Virus record (IMG/VR): IMGVR_UViG_3300005613_002762
Coordinates: 32,001 to 96,000 of that record
Source of the DNA: a virus
DNA: 64,000 nucleotides
Reading direction: 5' to 3' (one strand)
Shown: positions 28,629 through 37,735 of the stretch, piece after piece
How positions within the stretch are numbered: the stretch's first letter is position 1
Layout: each line of letters starts with the position of its first letter
Program-made: the position numbers and the translations under genes
Notes under the pieces: generated by a model
Databases searched by the model: none
What the model was told of the DNA's origin: nothing
Seen by the model: only the letters and a program-made list of their open reading frames with translations

Positions 28629-29827
28629 TGAAAAATTTAAAAATTGGAATTACATTAGGTTTACAATCAAACACAGAATCAATATGGACAAACGGAATGA
28701 AACAAAATGTTTTAATGTTTGTTCATTTATTAAAACAATCCAAAAACAATTATGAAGTTTTTATATTAAACACATTTGATGTAGATTTTTCAGAAAAAAG
28801 ACCTTCTTATTTGGATGGTATTGATATCCATAACTTTAAAGAAAAATTTATGGACATGGATCTTATCGTTATGATGGGAGCTCAAGTTTATGATGAAGAC
28901 ATTAAGAAATTTAAAGAAGATAAAAATAAAAGATTTATCGGTTATAAATGTGGAAACAATTATGTTATACACATGGAAAACGTAATGTTTAAAGAAAATA
29001 CCAAAAAATATTTTGAGTATGAAACAACGTTTGACGAATTATGGTATATTCCACAACAAGACGAAACAAACAAAGGATTCTTTTCAACATTATATAGAAC
29101 AAATGCATTTATTGTTCCATTCATTTGGCATGATAAATTTTTAAAAGAGGCCGTTATTGGTATTGAAAAAGGATTTAAAGATGGTCGTTATAAAAAAGGT
29201 TATAAATATAATCCCGAAAAAGAAAAAAAGGTTTTGGGTATTATGGAACCAAATATTAATATTGTTAAATATGGTTTAATCCCAACCATGATTGCCGAAG
29301 AATCTTTTAGAACTGAAACCGGAAAAAACCATATTGATAAGTTAATGATTACAAATGGTGAAAAATTAAAAACTAATCACGAGTTTTTATCTATTATTAA
29401 AACTTTTGATCTTTATAAAGATGGTAAAATAACTGCAGAGTCTCGTTATCAAACGGCATTTGTTTTAACTCAATATTTTGATGTTCTAATATCTCATCAG
29501 ATTCTAAATCCATTAAATTATCTGTATTTGGATGCTGCGTATTTAGGTTATCCTGTATTACATAATGCAACTCTATGTAAAGATTTAGGTTATTATTATG
29601 ATAATAGTGATACTAAACAAGGTGCCGAAATGTTAAATTATATTTTAACAGAACATGATAAAAATATTACAGAGTATCATGAAAAAAATAATAAAGTGTT
29701 AGAAAGATATTATGCCGATGATGAGACTTTAGTAGAAACTTATGACAAACTTATTTATAATTTATTTAATGGTGGAAATAAGGATTTGATTTATAACCCA
29801 AATACAAATAGATACGATAATCTATAA
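28628..29827 (+). CDS. DUF2827-family GT-B-fold putative glycosyltransferase
   Basis: SIWTNGMKQN, CGNNY, MEPNINIVK, SHQILNPLNYLYLDAAYLGYPVLHN motifs. Confidence 0.75.
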   Translation: MKNLKIGITLGLQSNTESIWTNGMKQNVLMFVHLLKQSKNNYEVFILNTFDVDFSEKRPSYLDGIDIHNFKEKFMDMDLIVMMGAQVYDEDIKKFKEDKNKRFIGYKCGNNYVIHMENVMFKENTKKYFEYETTFDELWYIPQQDETNKGFFSTLYRTNAFIVPFIWHDKFLKEAVIGIEKGFKDGRYKKGYKYNPEKEKKVLGIMEPNINIVKYGLIPTMIAEESFRTETGKNHIDKLMITNGEKLKTNHEFLSIIKTFDLYKDGKITAESRYQTAFVLTQYFDVLISHQILNPLNYLYLDAAYLGYPVLHNATLCKDLGYYYDNSDTKQGAEMLNYILTEHDKNITEYHEKNNKVLERYYADDETLVETYDKLIYNLFNGGNKDLIYNPNTNRYDNL

Positions 29828-29844
29828 CTTAACTTACTACTAAT

Positions 29845-29878
29845 AAAAAAGGGGTTCCGAAGAACCCCTTTTCTTTTT
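29845..29878. terminator. Bidirectional intrinsic terminator
   Basis: AAAAGGGGTTC-CGAA-GAACCCCTTTT between convergent genes; C(UUCG)G tetraloop and U6 tract on the minus strand. Confidence 0.9.
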
Positions 29879-29893
29879 GGTTAAAACCAAAGA

Positions 29894-32416
29894 TTAAGCG
29901 TAAACACCGTAAGCAGTTACTTTACCACCATCAGCTGGAGTATAAGTAAAGGTTACAGTTGCACCAGTCATGTTGTAATCTACACCAGCTTCTTGAAGAA
30001 GACCGTTATAGTAGATTGCTTCAGAGTTAGTTCTTACATCAGATGCCAAAGTGAATTCTTTGTTAGTTCCATTAACTAAACCGCTAACAGAAACTCTCTT
30101 GAAGTAAGTGTTCTCGAAATCATTTGTAATGTTTTCAAGTTCAGTTACAACTTCTGAGAAAGAGTCGATAGCTGTAAGATCTGTGTTTGAGATCAAGTTA
30201 GCAACTTCAGTAGACAATGCCTCTTCTAACGATTCTTCAGCGGCCTCAGCTCTTGAAATTTCAGAAGATAATTGTGACATTAATCCTTCCTCTACTTCAC
30301 CGATAAATACTTCAAGTGAGTTATCTTTAGCAAGTCTTGCAGACTCCTCATTAGAGATAGCACTATTAATAGAAGTTTTAGCGTCATTTAATGATGTTTC
30401 TAATGAACTATCACCAACAACTCTTGAAGAAGCTTCAGTAGAAATAGCGGCATTTGCATCAGTTCTGTTAGTTGCAATTACGCTCTCTAATGAACTATCA
30501 CCAACAACTCTTGAAGAAGCTTCAGCAGAGATAGCTGTGTTTGCGTCAGTTTTATTAGTAGCGATTACACTTGCTAATGAACCGTCAGCAGATTCCATAG
30601 CATCCTCAACCTCATCGATTGTTAAACCAATAGAAGTTACGGCAGACAATAATGCGTTATCGTTTTCTAAGTCAATAGCATTAACGAAAGAAACGATTTC
30701 GGCAAATTGATCTAAATCAACATCAGAACCATCAAGGATAGCATCGATACGTTCTTTTTCATCTTCGATTGCGTTAGCTAATGAAGTATCTGCCGATTGA
30801 CGGTCAGTAATTTCTGTGCTGATTTTTCCGTTAATAGACTCCTTAGCTTCATTAATAGAAGATGCCAATGAAGTGTCACCAGAAATACGGTTAGAAATTT
30901 CAACTGAAATTCTGTCGTCGATAGATTCATCTGCAGATGTGTGGATTGAGCAACACTCAGAGATTTCAATAGATAACTCATTATCTTTTGAGTTCATTGC
31001 AACCAAGTTAGAACTGATAACAGATTCTAATGAATCATCAGCATTGTTCATTGCAACCAAGTTAGAACTGATAACAGTTTCTAATGAATCATCAGCATTG
31101 TTCATTGCCACCAAGTTAGAACTAATAACAGTTTCTAATGAAGTGTCGGCAGTGTTCATTGCAGTCAAGTTAGCACCGATAACAGTTTCTAATGAAGTGT
31201 CCACGGCAAGACGTTCATCTTCTTCTCTAGATACGCGAGCGTCGATAGAAGCGTTAGCCGCGATGATTTCAGCGTCTACATAATCCTCCAAAGAGTTGTC
31301 TGCGGCCAAGCGAGTTGACTCTTCAGCAGTTAATCGAGTGTCAATTGAACCTTCAGCAGATACATGGTGAGCATGTTCTGTAGAGATTTCAATAGAAATC
31401 AATGTTGCCAATGAAGTGTCAGCAGTTGCACGAGCGGCCTCCTCAGTAGAAACACGAGAAGTTAAAGAAGTGTCAGCGGCTTCACGAGCAGCAACTTCAG
31501 TAGATACAGCAGATTCGCGGTTAACAACTTCAAGAGAAATGTCAGAAGACAATACTCCTTCAGCAGCAAGAGCACGAGTTTCTTCAGCGTCTACATCGGC
31601 AGCACGGTTAACGATTTCAGAAGAAAGGTTAGCGGCAATTGATGCCTCAGCGGCTGTTGCACGAGATACTTCAGCAGAAGTTGCGGTTGATGCGTTAGCA
31701 GCTAAAGTTGTGATTGCGTTGTTGATGTCACCATCAGCAGATTGGAATGCACCTACGATTTCAGTCAATGAATCAAGAGCGGCTGGATCTGTGTTAGAGA
31801 TCACGAAGTCAATCTTTGTGTTCAATGAAGTATCGGCAGCGGCACGGGCAGTTGCTTCGTCAGCTAAGTCACTTGCCAATGAACCTTCAGCTGCGACAGC
31901 ACGAGACTCTTCAGCGTCAACATCAGCAGTACGAGCAGTTACTTCAGCCGCCAATGCGTTTGCGATAGACGTTTCAGAAGATTGTGCACGAGACTCTTCA
32001 GCGGCTAAATCGTTAGTTAAAGATAACTCAGCAGCAAGTGCACGAGTTTCTTCAGCATCTACGTCAGCGATGCGATTTGCAACCTCAGTTGAAAGGTTAG
32101 TTGACAAAGTGTTGTCACCGGCGATACGAGCAGCCACTTCAGTAGAAACTGCCGCAGCACGATTAACAACTTCGCTTGACAAATTAAGAGCAACTGAATC
32201 ATCACCAACAACTCTTAATGAAGCTTCGGTAGAAACAGCAGTTGATCTATCAGCAACTTCTTGAGCGACGTTTGTAGACAACGTTCCTAACTCAGAGTCA
32301 ACGTTAGTTGAACCATAAGCGATGTCACCAGCAACGATACCCAATGGGGTTGTGATTGATGGACTGGTTAACACCAAGTCCGATTGTAAGTCTAAAACTA
32401 TTTTAGTAGTAGCCAT
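29894..32416 (-). CDS. Long coiled-coil fibre protein (840 aa) with C-terminal beta-sandwich domain
   Basis: Ala/Ser/Glu-rich E..R..AD/E repeats; three LD(S/Q)(L/F).E(I/V)V-type neck motifs; C-terminal NGTNKEFTL...IYYNGLLQ..GVDY domain. Confidence 0.8.
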   Translation of the reverse strand: MATTKIVLDLQSDLVLTSPSITTPLGIVAGDIAYGSTNVDSELGTLSTNVAQEVADRSTAVSTEASLRVVGDDSVALNLSSEVVNRAAAVSTEVAARIAGDNTLSTNLSTEVANRIADVDAEETRALAAELSLTNDLAAEESRAQSSETSIANALAAEVTARTADVDAEESRAVAAEGSLASDLADEATARAAADTSLNTKIDFVISNTDPAALDSLTEIVGAFQSADGDINNAITTLAANASTATSAEVSRATAAEASIAANLSSEIVNRAADVDAEETRALAAEGVLSSDISLEVVNRESAVSTEVAAREAADTSLTSRVSTEEAARATADTSLATLISIEISTEHAHHVSAEGSIDTRLTAEESTRLAADNSLEDYVDAEIIAANASIDARVSREEDERLAVDTSLETVIGANLTAMNTADTSLETVISSNLVAMNNADDSLETVISSNLVAMNNADDSLESVISSNLVAMNSKDNELSIEISECCSIHTSADESIDDRISVEISNRISGDTSLASSINEAKESINGKISTEITDRQSADTSLANAIEDEKERIDAILDGSDVDLDQFAEIVSFVNAIDLENDNALLSAVTSIGLTIDEVEDAMESADGSLASVIATNKTDANTAISAEASSRVVGDSSLESVIATNRTDANAAISTEASSRVVGDSSLETSLNDAKTSINSAISNEESARLAKDNSLEVFIGEVEEGLMSQLSSEISRAEAAEESLEEALSTEVANLISNTDLTAIDSFSEVVTELENITNDFENTYFKRVSVSGLVNGTNKEFTLASDVRTNSEAIYYNGLLQEAGVDYNMTGATVTFTYTPADGGKVTAYGVYA
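30399..30525 (-). repeat. 87-bp-period (29-aa) coding duplication
   Basis: Identical 40-mer tctaatgaactatcaccaacaactcttgaagaagcttcag at 30399 and 30486. Confidence 0.85.
30992..31201 (-). repeat. 54-bp (18-aa) coding tandem repeat, about 4 copies
   Basis: Units start at 30992, 31046, 31100, 31154; peptide D(T/D)SLE(T/S)VISSNLVAMNNA. Confidence 0.9.
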
Positions 32417-32610
32417 AAAAAAAATTATTTTTTATTTGTTAAAAAGTGTTCTTCACACCTCGACCCCAACTCTTGAGGCGAGTTGGCTGATACATACAAA
32501 TATTAACCTGAGTAACCCAATAGATTACTCACTAAATATTTTTATAAATTTAAATAGGAAGATTAATAAGAAATATTAATAATCGCCGAAAATTCGACTT
32601 TGATTTACAT
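32417..32610 (-). promoter_or_regulatory. Structured 5' leader (about 190 nt) of the coiled-coil fibre gene
   Basis: Five stem-loops between the TATTTAT motif (32611-32617) and ATG 32416; G-U pairs valid only on the sense strand. Confidence 0.55.
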
Positions 32611-32645
32611 ATAAATATCTCGTAAATTTGAAAAAGACAAACTTT

Positions 32646-32879
32646 TTACAAATTATATAATAAATTTTTCAAATTCTTAATTGAATTTGTATATAAGAGA
32701 GGTTCACAAGAACCGGTCTCGTTTAAATAATTATTTACTTCTTGTTGTAATTCTTCCGTTTTGTCAAAAATAAAAACTGCTTTATTTCTTTGCTTTTCAA
32801 CTGACATTTTAAATCCTTTCAATTTCAAGTAAGCTCCTAAATAAAGATCACTTGTTGTATATTTTTCTACTTGTTCCAT
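32646..32879 (-). CDS. DUF5659-like small protein
   Basis: YTTSDLYLGAYLKLKGF...KAVFIF pattern. Confidence 0.55.
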   Translation of the reverse strand: MEQVEKYTTSDLYLGAYLKLKGFKMSVEKQRNKAVFIFDKTEELQQEVNNYLNETGSCEPLLYTNSIKNLKNLLYNL

Positions 32880-32946
32880 TTTCTTTTTTTTCTTTATATA
32901 AATATGTTTAGTTTTTAAGTTATTTAGGTATTATGTTAAATTATTT

Positions 32947-33732
32947 TTAATAAAATCTATACGAACACGTTATTTTACTTGAGGATGGTGGTGAAATACT
33001 AAATGTTATTGTTTTTCCGTTAATAACATAATCATTATTTTCACCCTGATCTTGTAAAAGACCGTTTAGATATATATGTTCACTACCATTTTTTGGTAAT
33101 TCAGTTAATTCAAATACTTTATTTATCCCATTAATTTCACCAACAGGATATTCGTGATCAATAAAATTAATTTCACTATAAGTTCTATAAGAACAAAGTA
33201 ATTTACTTCCAATTTTTGGTGGATTGTTAAACGTAATTGTTTTTCCACTTATTATATAATCAAGATTAGACCCTCTATCTTGTAAGAGTCCATTATAATA
33301 AATGTGTTCTGAATTTAATTCTGGTGTAAAACGAAGTTGGAATTCTTTATTTACACTATCGATAGAACCCGAAATTAATTCACGATCAATAAATGTTGAT
33401 GAATTAACACCAGGAACTACTAAATTATTCGGTAAATTTTCAAGAACTTCTAATTGTGTGGAACTTAAAAAAAAGATCTCTTCCCAATCACTTAATTCGA
33501 AAGACCAAAAGATATTTTTAAGTTTGAAAAATCGAGAACCTCCGTCGACTCCGACAATCATACCAGGTCTTCGTCTGTCGTAGGGTATTAAATTTAAATC
33601 CGATTCTTCGTCTACATTACGTAATCCATCGATCCCATATAAAGGATCAATAACTGCATAAGTATCTAATGTGTCCATCGGGGAGATGAAGCCCATAATC
33701 CCCACCCCACCGATTTTACTAAAATCGGCCAT
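32947..33732 (-). CDS. Virion protein with two copies of the NGLLQ beta-sandwich domain
   Basis: Two repeats of G.I..(V/I)NK.F.L...SEHIY.NGLLQD.G...DY.I.GKTITF...P; N-domain IPYDRRRPGMIVGV. Confidence 0.7.
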   Translation of the reverse strand: MADFSKIGGVGIMGFISPMDTLDTYAVIDPLYGIDGLRNVDEESDLNLIPYDRRRPGMIVGVDGGSRFFKLKNIFWSFELSDWEEIFFLSSTQLEVLENLPNNLVVPGVNSSTFIDRELISGSIDSVNKEFQLRFTPELNSEHIYYNGLLQDRGSNLDYIISGKTITFNNPPKIGSKLLCSYRTYSEINFIDHEYPVGEINGINKVFELTELPKNGSEHIYLNGLLQDQGENNDYVINGKTITFSISPPSSSKITCSYRFY

Positions 33733-33758
33733 TTAAATTTCGATATACATATATAATA

Positions 33759-35315
33759 TTATTCACATAACCACACGTCAACTTTCGCAGAAGTCGATAC
33801 ATATGATCTATATATTGAATAAATAGTCGAATTACCTAAATTGTCAATTATATTTATGTCAGGTTTTGTTGTTATTGGAATAACATTACCATTACAACCC
33901 CAATTACTGTTTCTAAATATAGATGGTTGATTACTTGTGGATGGAATTAAAATATAAAAATAACCCGGCCCTGAAGGAATTTCCAAATATAAATTAGTTG
34001 TTTGTGAGGTATCAATTGTCGACAACAACAACTCATCTCCTGAATTAAAGTTTGAATTTACTGATTTTCCAAAATAAATTTTTGGAATAGTCGTTGGTGT
34101 TGATGTAGGTGTTGGTGTTGGGGTCGGTGTTTGAGTAATTGTGGTAGTTGGTGTTGGGGTCGGTGTTTCACTGATTGTTGGTGTCGGAGTTGGGGTTTCA
34201 GTTGATGTTGGTGTTGGGGTATTAGTCGGAGTTGATGTTAGTGTATTAGTTGGTGTTGGTGTAGGTGTTGCCGTTAAAGTATTAGTAGGTGTAACCGTAG
34301 GTGTTGTTGTTGGGGTATTTGTGGGTGTATTTGTAGGTGTTGTTGTCGGAGTATTTGTTGGTGTAACCGTAGGTGTTGGTGTATTTGTTGACGTTGGTGT
34401 TGGTGAAGCCCCTAAACTTGGTGTGACAGTAGGTGTTGGTGTATTTGTTGGTGTTGAAGTTGGCGTGTTTGTTGGAGTATTTGTTGGTGTATTTGTTGGT
34501 GTTGAAGTTGGCGTGTTTGTTGGAGTATTAGTCGGTGTATTTGTTGGGTCTGTAGTTTTAGTTGGTGTCGGAGTTGGTGTGGTTTGTTTTTGTGTCGAAA
34601 TTTTAAAATCAGGAATAATGTTTGAACCTAAAATTTTACTATTTTCTAGTATAACAACATCCTTTAATGAGTCAAAATCCATGTCAAGTCTTGTCTCAAA
34701 TATACCGTTCATGGTTCCTGCGTCAATTAAAATTTCTTTTGGGACAACAATTCTTTCATTTGTTTTCGTTGTTAATATCGCATCAAAGGAAATATATGTG
34801 TTAGTTGTTAGTGGTCTATTATAGGATATTGTTGATTTTAAAATTACAGATCCAGGCATTATCTCCAACATAATTATAACCTCAAATGGTGGTAACGGGG
34901 TAACACAAATATCCCAAGTTGGTGTCGGAGTTGGTGTGACACTAATTGTTGGTGTAGGTGTTGGTGTCTGAGTTGAAGTCGGTGTTGGACTCGGAACTTT
35001 ACAAGGATCAAATGTTGGAGTCGGTGTAACAGTTGAAGTAGGTGTAGGTGTAGGTGTTCTTGTCGGAGTAACTGTTGGTGTAGGTGTCGGTGTTGGTCTA
35101 ACAACATTTAAAAAATAAGGACAATTTGATGAAACAGGTTTAATCGTATATGTTCCGTATATTTCTCTTGGTGGATATAATAAATTAGGTTCAAATAAAA
35201 ATGGTAATGTTATTTCGTCAAAATTTAAAACAACATCATCGTTATCTGGTTTGAATAAGACTTCTGCCAATTCACCATCATAAAAAACACTATTAATTAA
35301 TATATTCTGACTCAT
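33759..35315 (-). CDS. Mucin-like Pro/Thr-rich putative virion protein (518 aa)
   Basis: Three globular segments separated by TPTPTVTP and TPTNTPT tracts. Confidence 0.75.
   Translation of the reverse strand: MSQNILINSVFYDGELAEVLFKPDNDDVVLNFDEITLPFLFEPNLLYPPREIYGTYTIKPVSSNCPYFLNVVRPTPTPTPTVTPTRTPTPTPTSTVTPTPTFDPCKVPSPTPTSTQTPTPTPTISVTPTPTPTWDICVTPLPPFEVIIMLEIMPGSVILKSTISYNRPLTTNTYISFDAILTTKTNERIVVPKEILIDAGTMNGIFETRLDMDFDSLKDVVILENSKILGSNIIPDFKISTQKQTTPTPTPTKTTDPTNTPTNTPTNTPTSTPTNTPTNTPTNTPTSTPTNTPTPTVTPSLGASPTPTSTNTPTPTVTPTNTPTTTPTNTPTNTPTTTPTVTPTNTLTATPTPTPTNTLTSTPTNTPTPTSTETPTPTPTISETPTPTPTTTITQTPTPTPTPTSTPTTIPKIYFGKSVNSNFNSGDELLLSTIDTSQTTNLYLEIPSGPGYFYILIPSTSNQPSIFRNSNWGCNGNVIPITTKPDINIIDNLGNSTIYSIYRSYVSTSAKVDVWLCE
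34085..34585 (-). repeat. Low-complexity (T/N/S/V/P)TPT coding repeat
   Basis: About 165 aa of 2- and 4-residue Pro/Thr periodicity; gttggt-type repeats on the + strand. Confidence 0.9.
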
Positions 35316-37682
35316 CTATTCATTAATTATTGTATATGTAAAATCATTAGGAAGACAAGACGCCAAATCACAATTTGGACAATCGGGATCGAACATGTAG
35401 TAAGTATCTCTTAATAATTTGAAATTATGTTTCACTTCAGGTGAAGATAGTGGTTCTGTATAAAATCTAAGTTGTTGAATAGCTCCGTCAAAAGTTCCTG
35501 CAAAGTTTTCTTCTATTAGAATATGTGTTTTAAGTTTGTTTAATGTGGTTGCACTTAAAATGTTTTCAGGGAAACATTCCGGATCTTGAAGGTAATCGTC
35601 ACTCTTAAGATGATATTTTCCTGAAAAACTTAAAACATTATTTGGGTTTGAAACCGTAAATGCTGGTGTCGAATTTTTATCTACGATTATACTTCCTGTC
35701 GTATTTGTAAGACCAGTTAAAACGGCAGGATCATTATTACAATCGTTATATACTATATCAGTGACTGATGTCCCTGCAGTATAGTTCCAAATTTTACAGA
35801 AATTTAAAGTTAAATTTTCGTGAAGACCTTGAGTTCCACCACCCCAAGATATATTAAAAGGAACACCAAGTTGTCTTTCCTTATCGGTGTCTAATGCTCT
35901 TGGTATAACTTCTTCAAAATTTTCTATTGTATAAAATATTCGACCATTTATATAAATTTTTAATCGACCCATTCTAAACTTGGTATCGTCTAACCATCTT
36001 TGATTTAATTGGACGATCTCTATTTCGCCAGGAACTTCATAACCATTCGTGTATGGTGGAGCAATTAACGCTTGAGCATTGTTCGCTAAACTTTGTAATA
36101 ACTCAACTCTTGTTATATCATCTAAACCACCAAACCATTTTAGATCGCAATAGTCTAAATACGTATATCGTTCCCAAACAACATTAAGTAAAAACCAACG
36201 CTCAACTCCTAACCATGCAGGATTAACTTCTAAACAGTAAGGATATATTGGTGGAGTGCAAATATCAACAATCGTATAACCAGTGACATATGTCTGACCC
36301 GTTACACAAGAACCTGTTGTTTCACAATCACCTGTGATTTTAATTGCTCGTATACCGATTCCAGGATTTTGTGGATCACCACATAATCTAAATGAAATGT
36401 TGTTTGATAACGCATCAAATTTTGGATCTTTTTCACAAGTGTCTTCCACAGATGAAAAAGTTAATGACGGTGTTGTTGGAGGACATCCACATACATTACA
36501 ACCACAATTAGGACAAGACGAACAACATCCTGCCGTTGGGCTACATTCGATTATTCTTGGATATGTATCACAAGGTGGTGTTGATGTTGGGGTTGGAGTT
36601 GGTGTCGGTGTTGGGATATTAATATCAGAACAATCATGATTAAAACACATCCACCCACAAACTTCACATGGTGGTTTATCACAACCACAACCACAAGTTA
36701 ATTTTTTTTGATCGTCACCATGACATAAATCACAACCATAATTTACGTGAGGATCGTAAACACCACCTTTTGGTCTTGGTGGGTAAACGTATATACATCG
36801 ACTATTCTTAATTGAGTAATCACAACAAGCACAAGTTTCTTCTTTTGTTAATCCTGATGTAACTCTTGTATATCCTGTATCACATTTAGGTGATCCATCA
36901 GCATGGTGATAAAATTTATTTTCAGCTCTTGCCCCCATATAAAAAAATGTATTTTTATTGTTGGGGTATATTTGATTTAAAGTCGTATAACCTGGTGGTG
37001 GAGAAAATTCATCAACAAATCTTGGTTTTAATAACATTTCAACAGACCAACCTTTATTCATTCTTTCAGGTAAAATATCATAATCATATCCAAACAACTT
37101 ATAAAACCCTTGATAAAACCCACCATACAACTCAACGTATCTACCAAAAATAGGACTAACCTTTGATACCATTTGATATGTTGTATATTGAGATATTCCT
37201 GAAAATTTGTTATTGTCGGGAACATTTGTTGTGGGTTGAATAAATTTCATTCTTCTATCGTAATAGAACCTTTTGAATTTTTCACTATCGTCGAATAGTC
37301 CATTTGTGAATACTAAACTATCACCTTTAATTTTTGTCGTTAAACCATTATCAATACCTGTTAAACCAATATCACATGTTGTATTACTAGAAAAACAAAG
37401 TAAATTAAGATCTTTTGGTTGATAAAAATTTTCAGAGATAATAACATTGTTTGGATTATAGGATCCATATGTTAAAGTTAAATTTTGTGTTGTAAGAGGA
37501 CTATTTAAGTTGAGTGATAATGGTAGTCTTTCACCATTATCAATTCCTATTAGAAATGGTGAAAACACAACTTCTTGATTAAAATCAACCTCATCAGAAG
37601 CCAACGACATATCTTGCCCGTCATAAATGACTTGCATTTTTAATTTCTGATAATTATATTGATTTATATTTTGGTAAGCCAT
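35316..37682 (-). CDS. Virion protein with LamG/ConA-like motifs interrupted by Cys-rich and Pro/Thr inserts (788 aa)
   Basis: WSVEMLLKP, RLKIYINGR, FDGAIQQLRFYTEPLS (LamG-like); CGCGC, CCSSCPNCGCNVCGC. Confidence 0.6.
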   Translation of the reverse strand: MAYQNINQYNYQKLKMQVIYDGQDMSLASDEVDFNQEVVFSPFLIGIDNGERLPLSLNLNSPLTTQNLTLTYGSYNPNNVIISENFYQPKDLNLLCFSSNTTCDIGLTGIDNGLTTKIKGDSLVFTNGLFDDSEKFKRFYYDRRMKFIQPTTNVPDNNKFSGISQYTTYQMVSKVSPIFGRYVELYGGFYQGFYKLFGYDYDILPERMNKGWSVEMLLKPRFVDEFSPPPGYTTLNQIYPNNKNTFFYMGARAENKFYHHADGSPKCDTGYTRVTSGLTKEETCACCDYSIKNSRCIYVYPPRPKGGVYDPHVNYGCDLCHGDDQKKLTCGCGCDKPPCEVCGWMCFNHDCSDINIPTPTPTPTPTSTPPCDTYPRIIECSPTAGCCSSCPNCGCNVCGCPPTTPSLTFSSVEDTCEKDPKFDALSNNISFRLCGDPQNPGIGIRAIKITGDCETTGSCVTGQTYVTGYTIVDICTPPIYPYCLEVNPAWLGVERWFLLNVVWERYTYLDYCDLKWFGGLDDITRVELLQSLANNAQALIAPPYTNGYEVPGEIEIVQLNQRWLDDTKFRMGRLKIYINGRIFYTIENFEEVIPRALDTDKERQLGVPFNISWGGGTQGLHENLTLNFCKIWNYTAGTSVTDIVYNDCNNDPAVLTGLTNTTGSIIVDKNSTPAFTVSNPNNVLSFSGKYHLKSDDYLQDPECFPENILSATTLNKLKTHILIEENFAGTFDGAIQQLRFYTEPLSSPEVKHNFKLLRDTYYMFDPDCPNCDLASCLPNDFTYTIINE

Positions 37683-37735
37683 CTGTTTTTATAATAAATA
37701 CCACAGATGAAAGTATTTATTAAGAAAGTTAAATC

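Noticed and set aside
30992-31201. Possible CRISPR array or DGR template/variable repeat
   Set aside because: In-frame tandem coding repeats with no unique spacers, no adenine-specific mismatch pattern, and no cas or reverse transcriptase gene in the window.
30108-32264. Plus-strand ORFs of 200, 155 and 282 aa
   Set aside because: Antisense shadows of the Ala/Ser/Glu-rich fibre gene with biased codons.
32322-32579. 85-aa + strand ORF across the fibre leader
   Set aside because: Overlaps the fibre start antisense and has no protein-like features; the region is better explained as a structured leader.
34141-34824. 227-aa Val/Gly ORF on + strand
   Set aside because: Antisense shadow of the Thr/Pro repeat.
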